Virus record (IMG/VR): IMGVR_UViG_2864522212_000004
Span: 32,001-96,000 of that record
Strand: one strand, 5' to 3'
DNA: 64,000 nucleotides
From: a virus
Lineage: Duplodnaviria > Caudoviricetes
The position numbers and the translations under genes were made by a program. Position 1 is the stretch's first letter. Every line of letters starts with the position of its first letter. The notes beneath the pieces are model-generated. The model did no database searches. It saw nothing but the letters and a program-made list of their open reading frames with translations, and was not told the DNA's origin. Shown here piece by piece: positions 18,429 through 28,419 of the stretch.

Positions 18429-18512
18429 TGTTTCTCCTTGCTATTTTGGGTTGAATGTTTGATGTCGTAGGGAGGTTGTCTATTTACGTTTTCGAGCTGT
18501 CTGCCGTAACTC

Positions 18513-18983
18513 TTACCTTTTGTTGTTTGTCAGAACGTTGAAGAATGACCGCTGCCGTTCATCCAACCATGTGGGGGAATGGCCGGCGTCAATATCCGAT
18601 TGCTTGATCAGGTACGCCACTCGGTTTGGGGTTGAGCTTTTCGCGTCGCGAAACTCGTACACTGTGTTTCCTGTCGGAGTGTTCCTTCGGTGTATGCGCC
18701 ATCCGTCGATTGATGCGTCATCCTGTTCGTCGAATCCTCCGGAGAAACCTACATAGGGGGAGTTGTCGAGTGCGTCCATCCCCTCGGCCCACAGTTCACG
18801 ATTCTCTTCGCTCATGGTCCCGTCGTAATAGGATGCGGGCGGAGACACGACGGATGTTTGCCGCTCATATTTTCGTATGGATTCGTCGGTTGGCATACCG
18901 GATTGACGGTGCTCGTCTCGGAATCGTCCGGTGTTGGGGTCTCGCAGCTGTTGGCGGGCTTGGATTGATTTGTTGGCTGGCAT
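18513..18983 (-). CDS. Hypothetical protein with shared basic N-terminal leader
   Basis: KSIQARQQLRDPNTGRFRDE. Confidence 0.75.
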   Translation of the reverse strand: MPANKSIQARQQLRDPNTGRFRDEHRQSGMPTDESIRKYERQTSVVSPPASYYDGTMSEENRELWAEGMDALDNSPYVGFSGGFDEQDDASIDGWRIHRRNTPTGNTVYEFRDAKSSTPNRVAYLIKQSDIDAGHSPTWLDERQRSFFNVLTNNKR

Positions 18984-19090
18984 GTTGTTTTTTTTTTCGT
19001 TGGAAGGGGCTGTCGTGTTTTTCTGGTTCCACGTTATCTATTGTTTTCTGGTTTTCTCCTGTTTCTTCGTTATCTCACCACCAAGATATC

Positions 19091-19114
19091 TGTTATACTG
19101 AGTATGTCCACATA
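19091..19114 (+). promoter_or_regulatory. Conserved promoter/operator motif copy 3
   Basis: TGTTATACTGAGTATGTCCACATA. Confidence 0.8.
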
Positions 19115-19136
19115 AAGATAATGAAAGAGGAAACCA

Positions 19137-19469
19137 ATGGCACTCACCATCGAAGAACAACACGAAACCAACGACCTCGACCACGACATCCTCGCCACCC
19201 GCGAAGTCACCTTCATTTGCGGGCACAAGCGCGTCTACGAGGACATCAGCGCCTGCCAGAAAAGCTGGATGGAACGCTGCCAACGGTGCCCCAACTGCCA
19301 GTACAAGCGCGACAAGGCATACGTCGAAAAGCTGTCTGCCGAAATCAACTCACCAGAACTCCTCGAGATGTGGCTCAAAGAAACCCCTCCTACTAAGACC
19401 AGCAGGAAAGGAGCCATCAGACTATTTAGGCAAGGAACCTCAATAAACACTGACTTTTCCGCGCCATAG
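19137..19469 (+). CDS. Hypothetical Zn-binding protein
   Basis: CGH...CPNC; GAGG RBS. Confidence 0.7.
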   Translation: MALTIEEQHETNDLDHDILATREVTFICGHKRVYEDISACQKSWMERCQRCPNCQYKRDKAYVEKLSAEINSPELLEMWLKETPPTKTSRKGAIRLFRQGTSINTDFSAP

Positions 19470-19573
19470 CATCTTGTGTGAGCATGTCCAGTAGTTCACC
19501 TACTTTGGGTCTTGCAGCTTTTGCTGTCGTAGGATCATTGGTTTCTATGAAACGTCATTCTATGTGGACAAAT

Positions 19574-19609
19574 AATCCTCCGGTGCCGTATGGCATCGGG
19601 GGATTTTTT
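19574..19609 (+). terminator. Rho-independent terminator
   Basis: AATCCTCCGGTGCC-GTAT-GGCATCGGGGGATT + T tract. Confidence 0.7.
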
Positions 19610-19642
19610 ATTTCAAACCTTGCATGATTTTTTTCATTTACA

Positions 19643-19666
19643 TGTTATACTGAATATGTCCACATA
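19643..19666 (+). promoter_or_regulatory. Conserved promoter/operator motif copy 4
   Basis: TGTTATACTGAATATGTCCACATA exact. Confidence 0.8.
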
Positions 19667-19683
19667 GAATGAAAGAAACCACA

Positions 19684-19851
19684 ATGAACACGTACAAGAA
19701 CTTCGAAAAAAACGCCAACATCATACTCGCCATAACATGCGTCCTCTGCGCATGCTTCATGTGGAGAGTCACAGGGCTCGCAATGGTCATCGCATCAATC
19801 GGATTCGCAACCTCAGGAACACTGATGATTACCCACTTCGTGACGCGATGA
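19684..19851 (+). CDS. Small 2-TM membrane protein
   Basis: Hydrophobic; first gene after motif. Confidence 0.6.
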   Translation: MNTYKNFEKNANIILAITCVLCACFMWRVTGLAMVIASIGFATSGTLMITHFVTR

Positions 19852-20141
19852 GCATGTTCTGGATTGGATATGCCGCCGGATTCGTCACTTTTCCCGTCGT
19901 ATTCGGCCTTCTGGCGTTGGGCTTCCTTCTCCTCGTCCCGCATTGGCCGAACCCGACATGCGGCCTGTCCTGCATTCCCTGCGATGAGACCCTCATCGAG
20001 GATGACAGTACGCGTACGGTATCCGGCTTCATCGCCGAAGTGAAATACGTCATCCACGGTCTGACCCGCCGGCATCGCATCAACCACAAGGCGTGGATGA
20101 AGGCGGGGAAACCGAATCTGGGGTGGAAGCCGGTGGCATGA
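19848..20141 (+). CDS. Small membrane protein
   Basis: ATGA overlap; N-terminal TM, CxxC. Confidence 0.6.
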   Translation: MSMFWIGYAAGFVTFPVVFGLLALGFLLLVPHWPNPTCGLSCIPCDETLIEDDSTRTVSGFIAEVKYVIHGLTRRHRINHKAWMKAGKPNLGWKPVA

Positions 20142-20155
20142 CGGGTTACCTGATC

Positions 20156-20464
20156 TCAGACCAGTTGCAGGGTGCGCCCGTCCGGCATGATCGCGTTGAC
20201 CTGAAGCCTGCCGCCGATGGCGTCGAGATAGCGGCGCAGCGTACGGATTTCGGTCTTGTCGACGTCGCCGGATTCGAGGCTGCTGACCCGCTTCTGGCTG
20301 ACGCCCATGCGTTCGGCGAGCTGCTTCTGGGTCACGTCCTGCTGTTTGCGCGCTTCTTTCAGCTCATACAGGCGCATCTCCTCAAGAAGCTGTTCCTTGC
20401 GCTCGTCGATGGTCTTCTGGTCAAGGCCGTGATCGGCCTTGAAGTCCTCCAACGTGTAGCTCAT
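20156..20464 (-). CDS. XRE-HTH antitoxin (HigA-like)
   Basis: LKEARKQQDVTQKQLAERMGVSQKRVSSLESG...TLRRYLDAIGG. Confidence 0.85.
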   Translation of the reverse strand: MSYTLEDFKADHGLDQKTIDERKEQLLEEMRLYELKEARKQQDVTQKQLAERMGVSQKRVSSLESGDVDKTEIRTLRRYLDAIGGRLQVNAIMPDGRTLQLV

Positions 20465-20826
20465 TTCGTGTCCTTCCCATGTTGTTCTTCCAGCCACCGG
20501 ATGTACCGTCGTTCGGCTTCGCGGATGGCTGTCTTATACCATTTGTTCCATTTGTTCTGTTTGTCTCCGCCGACCAATAGGACCGCTTTGCGTTCCGGGT
20601 CGAAGACGAACAGGATTCGGACTTCGCTTCGACCTGTCGAACCGGGTCTCAGTTCCTTCATGGAGCCGATGATGGAGCCCTCGATTTTCCCCACCAGGGG
20701 GCGTTTGAGGTTCGGTCCGCGTTCCCGAAGGAGGTCAAGGGCCGCGTAGACCTGGTAGGCGGTCTGTTTGTCAAGTCCGTCAAGCCAGTCCTTGATGGGT
20801 TCCATCTCTATCTGCCACATACCCAT
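20461..20826 (-). CDS. RelE/HigB-like toxin (phage Gp49-like)
   Basis: GPNLKRPLV...MKELRPGS...VRILFVFDPER.AVLLVGGDK; toxin-first order. Confidence 0.88.
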   Translation of the reverse strand: MGMWQIEMEPIKDWLDGLDKQTAYQVYAALDLLRERGPNLKRPLVGKIEGSIIGSMKELRPGSTGRSEVRILFVFDPERKAVLLVGGDKQNKWNKWYKTAIREAERRYIRWLEEQHGKDTK

Positions 20827-20876
20827 AAATATACCATATAAGGTATATAAAGTAAAGTCGGAAACGAGAAAAAGCA

Positions 20877-21473
20877 ATGACCAAATGCAAGAAACCAACG
20901 CCGTACGATCCGAAGCTCATCGCCGAACGATGCAACCCGTTGGCCCTGCGGCTCGGCTGCGCGGCCGGCTGCTGGAAGGGCGAGAATTTCAAACAGTGCG
21001 GCAGGCCGCCGGTCGCCATCCGCCGTTGGACACGCGACGACGGGTACGACGATAGCGAATTTTTACCCAAGGAGGGCGTCTACGGACCCGCGTGCAAGCT
21101 GCATGCCAACCATGATGTCGTCCCGCTATCGGAGGTGTTGAAGGCCGTGGCCGATGCCGGCTGCTGGAAGCATGATCCGTCGCTCATGCCACCGCTATCG
21201 GGCGTATGGCCATACGACCCGATGCGCGTCTTCGCCTTATGCGACCCGTCCTGGCTGCGTCTAGGATGCACGGCCGGCGTATCCCGCGACGGCGACTACG
21301 AATCCTGCGGCAAACCCGTGGTCGCGATCCGCCGTTGGATGCGGACGGACGGCCCCGACTGTGAGGATATGCCCGAAACCGGCTGGTACGGGCCCGTATG
21401 CAAGACGCACGCCAACCATGATGTCGTGCCATTGGCCGTCATATTGGACGTGATGACGGGAGGCAGGCGATGA
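20877..21473 (+). CDS. Hypothetical protein made of two tandem Cys/His-rich repeats
   Basis: YDP..C.P..LRLGC.AG...CG.P.VAIRRW...YGP.CK.HANHDVVPL twice. Confidence 0.75.
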   Translation: MTKCKKPTPYDPKLIAERCNPLALRLGCAAGCWKGENFKQCGRPPVAIRRWTRDDGYDDSEFLPKEGVYGPACKLHANHDVVPLSEVLKAVADAGCWKHDPSLMPPLSGVWPYDPMRVFALCDPSWLRLGCTAGVSRDGDYESCGKPVVAIRRWMRTDGPDCEDMPETGWYGPVCKTHANHDVVPLAVILDVMTGGRR

Positions 21474-22126
21474 TAAGCACATACGACTGGTTCATCGCCC
21501 GATGCAAGGCGGTCATCAACCATTCCAGGCCGCCCGAACCGCCGATGCGCGTCCGCCTGCACGAGGCGGGTCATGCGGTCGCCGGCCACCGGTTCGGATA
21601 CGTGCAGCAGGGCATCATGCTGTGCATCGGCTGGTGGGCCGTCGGCGTTGCATTGTCCCCCCGCCAGCGGGCCGACATCGACGTGTACGGCCTGATGGGC
21701 GGCTTTATTCTCACCTGCGTGTTCGCATGGATCATGGACCGGCGTCAAACGGCTGGCAAGGAGACTTTCCCGAAGCTGCGCGATCAGATTGCCGACTTTG
21801 CGGTCGAGTATATCGCTAGCGAATCCTATCGGAAGAACAAGGATAAGGAGGATGAGATTGGACGACCGGCCTATGTGAGCGGCGAGGCCGCATGCAACAC
21901 GGTGGACATCGCCACCGCTTTGGGCGGCGGATTCCATGTCAGCTTCCCGCCCGGCCGCGGCACCATGACGTTGATCAAGTATTTCCCGGACGGCTCCGAT
22001 GTGAGCATTGAGGTTGGCGACGATCGGGCCGCCGCCTCGAACAGCCGGTTCGAAACCGTCGAATGGGATATCGAGGACGGAATACCACAGAAACTAGTGG
22101 ACATGTTGCACCCTAAAGCGGGTTAA
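21470..22126 (+). CDS. Mosaic protein with HExxH zincin-like start
   Basis: LHEAGHAVAG followed by unrelated TM and soluble segments. Confidence 0.55.
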   Translation: MISTYDWFIARCKAVINHSRPPEPPMRVRLHEAGHAVAGHRFGYVQQGIMLCIGWWAVGVALSPRQRADIDVYGLMGGFILTCVFAWIMDRRQTAGKETFPKLRDQIADFAVEYIASESYRKNKDKEDEIGRPAYVSGEAACNTVDIATALGGGFHVSFPPGRGTMTLIKYFPDGSDVSIEVGDDRAAASNSRFETVEWDIEDGIPQKLVDMLHPKAG

Positions 22127-22273
22127 TGCCACGGTTTTCAGATTTTCTTCAAGAATCGTTCTTTGAACGAATGATAATCGTAGTATCCGTCCGGTTTTCC
22201 TCCACCCAACTTCGGAACAGGAAAAGCCGGTCAATCTTCCAGAACGTTGTCTTAAAAAAAGGATGCTGCGCCG

Positions 22274-22585
22274 ATGCGAAGAATTAAGATATTCATCGAT
22301 AACACCATTATTCCCGCAGACATATACGCCGGGCAGAAAATCGCTTTCATCTTCCTGCCAGCAGGCCGTCAAACAGCTCAAGGTCGTGAACAAGTCGTGC
22401 ATCAAGCCTCAGTGGAGAATGAGAACGGGCGCGTAATCAACGTGACCTGGCAGGCTAAAGGCTGGTTCAACCGGCTTGTCACCCGGCATTCGCCTCTTCT
22501 TCGCCGTATGCTCGGACAACCCGACACCTACCGGTTCGACGATAACATCGCCTCTCCGGAATTCATTCAGGAGCGTGCAGATTGA
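22274..22585 (+). CDS. Hypothetical protein
   Basis: AAGGA RBS; coupled to CHAP gene. Confidence 0.65.
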   Translation: MRRIKIFIDNTIIPADIYAGQKIAFIFLPAGRQTAQGREQVVHQASVENENGRVINVTWQAKGWFNRLVTRHSPLLRRMLGQPDTYRFDDNIASPEFIQERAD

Positions 22586-23334
22586 GCAGGGCAGCACATA
22601 AGACCGTTCAACCAGTAAGCCGATCAGCCGCAAGAAGGAAGAACCGGTTCCAACGACGTGTCGCCCTCTGCCTGATGTCGGCAATGATTTTGTCAGGCGG
22701 AATGGCATGTCTTTTTCTGCCGCATAATGAAACCGCATACGCAGGTGAACGTTTCAACCAGTCCACCGCATTAACCACGGAACAGTTGACGGCATCAAGC
22801 ATCGATGATGCGGCTAGCAGGAGCAGCCAAAGGGAAGACCTCACAGTGGACGGCACATGGGATATGGGCGACCGGCCGGAGGGCAAGCTCACCATCATCC
22901 ACGCGGACAATCCAGTGGTCCGTGACCTGATCAACGGGCGCGACGAGGATCAGACTCCGACCGGATTCAATCCGGACCATGCGACCGGCGACACGGGCAA
23001 CGCGTACGCGTACGGGCAATGCACATGGTGGGCGTACGTGCGGCGCACGCAACTGGGATTGCCGGTCGGCAGCCATCTGGGGGATGGCGGCATGTGGGCC
23101 GATTCCGCCAAGGCGCTCGGCTATTGGGTGGATGATACTCCCCGACAAGGGGATGTGATTGTGTTCAGCCCGGCGCAGGTCAACAACGCATGGGGGCACG
23201 TCGCCATCGTGGAGAAGGTCAACGGCGACGGTTCCATCGAGATTAGCGAAGCCAATGTGAACGGGCAGGTCGGCCCGTTCCGACGCACCATCGAAGCGAA
23301 ACAGACGCATGCATACAAGTACATCCACTATTAG
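22582..23334 (+). CDS. CHAP-domain peptidoglycan hydrolase
   Basis: N-terminal TM; YAYGQCTWWAY...GHVAIVEKV...ISEAN. Confidence 0.92.
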   Translation: MSRAAHKTVQPVSRSAARRKNRFQRRVALCLMSAMILSGGMACLFLPHNETAYAGERFNQSTALTTEQLTASSIDDAASRSSQREDLTVDGTWDMGDRPEGKLTIIHADNPVVRDLINGRDEDQTPTGFNPDHATGDTGNAYAYGQCTWWAYVRRTQLGLPVGSHLGDGGMWADSAKALGYWVDDTPRQGDVIVFSPAQVNNAWGHVAIVEKVNGDGSIEISEANVNGQVGPFRRTIEAKQTHAYKYIHY

Positions 23335-24031
23335 AAGAGCTCCCATTGTCCTGACGGTTCTCCTGCCAATCGTCATGCTCGCCATGCCGACGATCCCGGC
23401 ATGGGCGGACGCCGTCGATCCGGCTCCAATCCACATGGCGAGCAGTGTCAGATCGTTCCCGAAACACTTGGTTCCGCATCGTTCGTTCAGTGAGGCCGTA
23501 TCGACCGACGTGGACGGCTCATGGGGAGGCATCGAAACCTTGGACGTGCCGCATACGGAAAGCCCCGAGGAACAGGCCACGCGCATCCAAGCCGAACAGG
23601 CGCGACAGTCGGAGGCCGCGTCACGCGCCGAACCACGCCCACCGGCCGCAACCCCTGTCATATCGACGCCGACAACAGGCGACAAGGAGAGACCAGACTC
23701 GGATACGGCCTCCGCCCTGGTCTCCTACGCGCTCCAATACCAGGGCGCGCCATACATGTACGGGGGCAATACGCCTGCCGGCTGGGATTGCAGTGGTTTC
23801 ACCCAATACGTGTACGCGCGGTTCGGCATCCACTTGCCGCACCCGTCCGGCATGCAGGCCACGGTCGGCACGCCCGTTACCGACCCGCAGCCGGGCGATC
23901 TCATGGCAAACGCGGGACATGCGGGCATTTACATCGGCAACGGTCTGATGATCCATGCGATGAACCCGATCGACGGCACGAAGGTCACGGCCGTCATGCC
24001 CGGCATGGGATATTATCGCCTGCTCGGCTAG
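23309..24031 (+). CDS. NlpC/P60 (C40) peptidoglycan endopeptidase
   Basis: Signal peptide; GAPYMYGG...DCSGFTQYVY...HAGIYIG...IHA. Confidence 0.92.
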   Translation: MHTSTSTIRRAPIVLTVLLPIVMLAMPTIPAWADAVDPAPIHMASSVRSFPKHLVPHRSFSEAVSTDVDGSWGGIETLDVPHTESPEEQATRIQAEQARQSEAASRAEPRPPAATPVISTPTTGDKERPDSDTASALVSYALQYQGAPYMYGGNTPAGWDCSGFTQYVYARFGIHLPHPSGMQATVGTPVTDPQPGDLMANAGHAGIYIGNGLMIHAMNPIDGTKVTAVMPGMGYYRLLG

Positions 24032-24051
24032 GGCACGCCTATACTTTGTTG

Positions 24052-24110
24052 AAAGGGGTCGGCACGCGTTTTCCGGGTTCTCTGTCCGAAATGACGCGCG
24101 CCGACCCTTC
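24052..24110. terminator. Stem-loop between convergent genes
   Basis: AAGGGGTCGGCACGCGT...ACGCGCGCCGACCCTT. Confidence 0.55.
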
Positions 24111-24162
24111 TTTATCACCGGTTGTTGTTGGCGTACGGGTTTTGCGTATTGCCTGATGTTTT

Positions 24163-25320
24163 TTAGTTTAGGGTGGCGGTGCCGGTGGATAGCGGGATTA
24201 GTTGGGAAAGTAGTGGGCTGATCCATGCCCATTCGGCGAATAGTAGCGTTATCCAGAAGAATAGGCAGGTGGTTGCACGTAGGATGATCGGGCCTGATTG
24301 GATGCGCCAGATTAGTGTCATGAGGTTCCATGATGTTGTTTTCTTCTGGCGGTCTTTGTGCCAGATGAGCCATGACAGGCCTGTGAGGATGCACCAGATT
24401 GTTAGTGTTGCGGTGAACAGGAGTTGGCTGACTGGAGCGTATTTGCTGGCTTTTTGGATGCTGCGTGTGATAGTGGCTTTTGCTTGCTGTATGGGAGTTG
24501 ATTGTTTGGAGGCGAGTTCTTTTGGTATTCCGTCAGCAGTGTTGGCCCAATATTTGAACCGTCCGCGGACGATGAGTCTAGCACTCAGACTGTCCTGTTC
24601 ATCTAGCGAGTATTTACAGGTGGTGAGTGTGATGAGGCGCGCGTCTTTTTGGTCTGTCTGGTCGGCGATGACGGCGGCATCATCGGGGGTCGTCATCCAA
24701 GATGATTGCATTTCATACACGTACCAGTGGTCGGCTGTCTGAATGATGATCGGATCCCCGGGTTTCAACGTGTCCGCCGGCCCTAGGTCACCGGGGGTGC
24801 GGTGTCCGGCGTAGGAGCTGTTGCCGATGCTTCCGGGCATGACGGTTCCTTGGTAGTGTCCGATACCGTAGTTGTCAAGGACTTTCAGATCGGTGCCTTC
24901 TTGGATGGCTCGTTGCCATTCGGCGCCGAACCGGGGGATTCGCATCCAGCCGATCACTGTCGAGTATTCGGGTTCCGGCTCGGTGGGTGGTTCTCCGGTT
25001 TGGGGTTTGGCGATACGGGTTGAACCGTCAGTTTTAGTGGGTTGGGCTGTTTTGAATCCTTGGTTGGTGACGATGGTCTGTTGCGTGTGGATCTGATCCA
25101 TTCCGTTGCCGATGTACACCCATCCGACGTGCATCACTAGGATGATGGCGAGAAAAATCGACATGCCTGCGAACAATTGCAACAGCCGGTAACCCACTCC
25201 TTGTGATTGTCTGTCTTCTCTCTTAGGAACGGTGTTCTCTTCAATATTCCGGAGCGAAATGTCTTCAGTATTGTGCTGAGGACGGAGTCGGCCTGGTCTT
25301 GAGGCGGCATGTCTTCCCAT
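24163..25320 (-). CDS. Class E sortase
   Basis: IPRFG, GHY.GT.MPG.IGN...AGHR, LITLTTC...R; TM segments. Confidence 0.88.
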   Translation of the reverse strand: MGRHAASRPGRLRPQHNTEDISLRNIEENTVPKREDRQSQGVGYRLLQLFAGMSIFLAIILVMHVGWVYIGNGMDQIHTQQTIVTNQGFKTAQPTKTDGSTRIAKPQTGEPPTEPEPEYSTVIGWMRIPRFGAEWQRAIQEGTDLKVLDNYGIGHYQGTVMPGSIGNSSYAGHRTPGDLGPADTLKPGDPIIIQTADHWYVYEMQSSWMTTPDDAAVIADQTDQKDARLITLTTCKYSLDEQDSLSARLIVRGRFKYWANTADGIPKELASKQSTPIQQAKATITRSIQKASKYAPVSQLLFTATLTIWCILTGLSWLIWHKDRQKKTTSWNLMTLIWRIQSGPIILRATTCLFFWITLLFAEWAWISPLLSQLIPLSTGTATLN

Positions 25321-25406
25321 TAGTCTTTTTCCTTTCTTCCCGGATACGGTTTAGTTGACTAACTTCCGTTTTACCGTCTCACTGCTTGGAACGAATGCTA
25401 TCGTCG

Positions 25407-26075
25407 TTAATCACCTTGTCGGAGGCCGCCTGATCCGCCTGCGAATCGGACCGGGATGTCCGCGCATTTCGCCGTCTCCAACAGGAGACGGAACAGTCGG
25501 ACGGTTTCCTCCCTGCCCTCCATAGGGTCGAAACGGATGCCGTCGCCTTTCGACATGGCGGTCTCCAGCATGTACGCCACCTGACCGTCCGCCCCGATGA
25601 ACGCGAGACCGGAACCGTTCTCCACCCACGCCTCGCGGATCGTGTCCCATCGGAAGTTCAGATATCGGCCGAATCCACGGAGGACATCTGCGCCGATCCA
25701 CATGGACCGGCAGCAGGCCAAGAACTCCGCCGACGTGATATTGACGTTGAAGCCGTTCGATGTATCGCCCATCATGAATCCCACCTGGTCGCCGTCCTTC
25801 CCCTCCACGAACGGGACGAGGGTGGCGAGGACGGCGGCAAGAAGGGCGAGCAGTGCGTGATCGCCGTCCTTCAGCGGTGTCCGCTCCCCGTTCACGATGC
25901 TCATGTTGACATGGTTGAACGCCTCCACGATGGCGGCGGACTCCTCGAAGGCGGCGGGCATATCCCCGTCACCGGTCATGCGGAACACACCGTCCGGGTC
26001 GAACTCCCAATCATATTCGACCGGATTGTTGCAGGTCTCGTCATTGGTCTCCACGATGATGCGTTCGACGCTCAT
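25407..26075 (-). CDS. Hypothetical protein
   Basis: Last gene of coupled minus-strand operon. Confidence 0.7.
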   Translation of the reverse strand: MSVERIIVETNDETCNNPVEYDWEFDPDGVFRMTGDGDMPAAFEESAAIVEAFNHVNMSIVNGERTPLKDGDHALLALLAAVLATLVPFVEGKDGDQVGFMMGDTSNGFNVNITSAEFLACCRSMWIGADVLRGFGRYLNFRWDTIREAWVENGSGLAFIGADGQVAYMLETAMSKGDGIRFDPMEGREETVRLFRLLLETAKCADIPVRFAGGSGGLRQGD

Positions 26076-26665
26076 TGCTTCTCCTTGTCCAATACGGTTC
26101 TGGATACTTTCAGATATCGTGTGCCGCCCGACTGGCGTAGCTGGCGGTTGTTGATGCTGTCGATGACCGGGGCTGGGGGATCCGTATACGATTCATGCGC
26201 CCGGACGATCACATGATGATTCGGGTTGAACCCGGAGTACAGGTGCGTGATCGCGAAGGTCGCCGATAGTACGTCCAGATCCTTGAAATCGTAGATGGTG
26301 TCCGTTCGGAACCCGTCGATGCCGGTCGGCGGTTCGACCGGTTCGAGACCATGGACGCCGAACATCGCCACCCTGACCCTCATGTCCGGATCATGCTCGA
26401 ACAGGTGCGCATATTCGTCGCGCAGCACATCATATTCGGCTATCGCCCGTTTCGCGGTCATCGGCATGCTCTCCGGGTCGGCAAGCATACGTTTCACGAA
26501 CGCAATGCCCTCGTCGGTGATGATCCGGTCATGCTGCCCGAAATCGACCAAGCCGCGTTCCTTCAACGCGTCGAAACCATAGGGGCCGGTATACCACGAG
26601 TCTTCCTTGAGCCTGTCGACGGCGAAAAACAGCATGGCGTACTGGGCTTTCGTGATGCTCTTCAT
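26072..26665 (-). CDS. Hypothetical protein
   Basis: ATGA coupling. Confidence 0.7.
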   Translation of the reverse strand: MKSITKAQYAMLFFAVDRLKEDSWYTGPYGFDALKERGLVDFGQHDRIITDEGIAFVKRMLADPESMPMTAKRAIAEYDVLRDEYAHLFEHDPDMRVRVAMFGVHGLEPVEPPTGIDGFRTDTIYDFKDLDVLSATFAITHLYSGFNPNHHVIVRAHESYTDPPAPVIDSINNRQLRQSGGTRYLKVSRTVLDKEKQ

Positions 26666-27450
26666 CGATTGTTCCCCGTCCATTGGCTCAGGTATCCGCG
26701 CACGTCGGCCGCCGTGCCCTCCCTGTCGGAGTCGAAGCCGTCCGGCTGCCAGGTGCCGTCCGACATGATCAGCAGGTCCAGACTGATGGGATGGTCTTCC
26801 GCACCTTGGCTTTGGAATATGACGGCGCCGGTTTCGACCGGGTCGCCGTTCGAGAACAGGTCATCCCAGTACACGTCATCCGCCTCCAATGCCTCGACCC
26901 TGCCAAGACCGGCGACGGTCTTCCGGTAGCCATCGAGAATCTTCCCGCGATTTCTGACCGCTTCGATCAGCCGACTTGCCGCATGCGTCGGATCGGCGGG
27001 CAATAGCGCACGGAACACGCTTTCGCCGACCTCGAACACCAGATAGTCCGGATCCGAAGAGCGCGTGGCGGGGATACCTGAATCGTTCAACCGTTTCACG
27101 GCCTTGTCGGCCTCGTCCATGATGCCGCGGTCCTTGCGCCACTGGTCGTATCCGACGTCGAACAGGACCGTCATGGTCGTCTCATAGTCGGTGTCGAAGG
27201 TCGTTGTTTTCGGATGCCACCAGCCGTCGGAAACCGTCCAGTGGATCAGGTTCCCGTCGAATTCAAGGCGAATGCGCCAGTAGTCGAACGGTCCGCTTCG
27301 TGTTTCGAATGTGGATTTGCAGTCGAACAGTCTTCTCAGGTTCGACCATTCGTACGGTAACATCGGCGTGATTCTGAGCAGAATGATGTTGTCGGCCATC
27401 AACCAGTGACAGTCTGCGAAGAAACGAATCTCGGGCGTGACGACGCTCAT
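26662..27450 (-). CDS. Hypothetical protein
   Basis: ATGA coupling. Confidence 0.7.
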   Translation of the reverse strand: MSVVTPEIRFFADCHWLMADNIILLRITPMLPYEWSNLRRLFDCKSTFETRSGPFDYWRIRLEFDGNLIHWTVSDGWWHPKTTTFDTDYETTMTVLFDVGYDQWRKDRGIMDEADKAVKRLNDSGIPATRSSDPDYLVFEVGESVFRALLPADPTHAASRLIEAVRNRGKILDGYRKTVAGLGRVEALEADDVYWDDLFSNGDPVETGAVIFQSQGAEDHPISLDLLIMSDGTWQPDGFDSDREGTAADVRGYLSQWTGNNR

Positions 27451-27866
27451 TCCCTGCACCATCCTCTCTGTTTCGTCTCCACATACATGGCGTCGCGCAC
27501 CTCGGTGTCGTTCCAACCCCATTCGCGGGCGAGATGCAGGTAGTGTTCGCCTATCACATCGATGACGGATTGCAGGCCCGCACGGTCGGGCACCCCGTAA
27601 TCGTTGGCCTCCGTATTGAATTCCAGCCAGTCCGCTTCGGATACCGAACGCGGTCCGTCATGGTCGGTGATATCCGGTGTGGCCGGTTTGGGTTCCGGCT
27701 TCCATTCTGGTTGTGGCGGTGTGTAGTCGGTCCAGCCGCGCTGCCTGTCGGCCTCGCGCGCCTCCGGTTCGTCCGCCAGCCATTGCTCATGCGTTTCCGC
27801 TTCCTGCCTGTCATCGAACTGCTTGCCATCCGAAGTGGTGTATATGATGCTTGTTTCGATACTCAT
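27447..27866 (-). CDS. Acidic hypothetical protein
   Basis: GGAGG RBS, ATGA coupling. Confidence 0.7.
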   Translation of the reverse strand: MSIETSIIYTTSDGKQFDDRQEAETHEQWLADEPEAREADRQRGWTDYTPPQPEWKPEPKPATPDITDHDGPRSVSEADWLEFNTEANDYGVPDRAGLQSVIDVIGEHYLHLAREWGWNDTEVRDAMYVETKQRGWCRE

Positions 27867-28411
27867 GATTCCTCCAACTGGTATCCGATGTGGCGCAGCG
27901 CGTCCGTGATGGTTTCGCCCGGTTCGCCGCCAAGCGACCGCCCGCCATACTTGTCGTATATCCGCCATTCGTCGGGCTCGGACTGGTAGGCGTATACGGT
28001 GTCCGTCGGCTTCCCGTCCGGCGCCGTCAGTTCGATCGGCTTCGACTCGCCCCGCTCCGACCGCCATCGTGCGATGCCGTGCTTGCGTTCCATGAGCGTT
28101 AGGCTCGCGCCGTCCAGTCCGGCTTCCAGCAGGCTCATGTATTGGCTGTCATCGTTTTCGCGGATATGCCAGTCGTCGCCGTAGTTGTCCTCCATGCCGA
28201 CCAGCAGCAGGGGCAGGCCGGTGCGGCCGCGCCCCTCGTCGCGCACAATCTCGAACGGACGGTCCAACTCGTTGAACGCGGTCTGCCAGATGATCCAACC
28301 CTTGTCGCCGACGCGCGGCGAATCCGGACCATAGCCGTCGCCGTCCTGCCGATCGTCGTAATGGAACCGGTCGAGCAGCCGATGCTCGAAGCGTTCGTCA
28401 ACCGGATTCAT
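27863..28411 (-). CDS. Acidic hypothetical protein
   Basis: GAGG RBS. Confidence 0.7.
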   Translation of the reverse strand: MNPVDERFEHRLLDRFHYDDRQDGDGYGPDSPRVGDKGWIIWQTAFNELDRPFEIVRDEGRGRTGLPLLLVGMEDNYGDDWHIRENDDSQYMSLLEAGLDGASLTLMERKHGIARWRSERGESKPIELTAPDGKPTDTVYAYQSEPDEWRIYDKYGGRSLGGEPGETITDALRHIGYQLEES

Positions 28412-28419
28412 CGTCCTCT

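Noticed and set aside
19561-19572. TATGTGGACAAA partial motif
   Set aside because: Operator-like part only, with no -10 and abutting a terminator; not counted.
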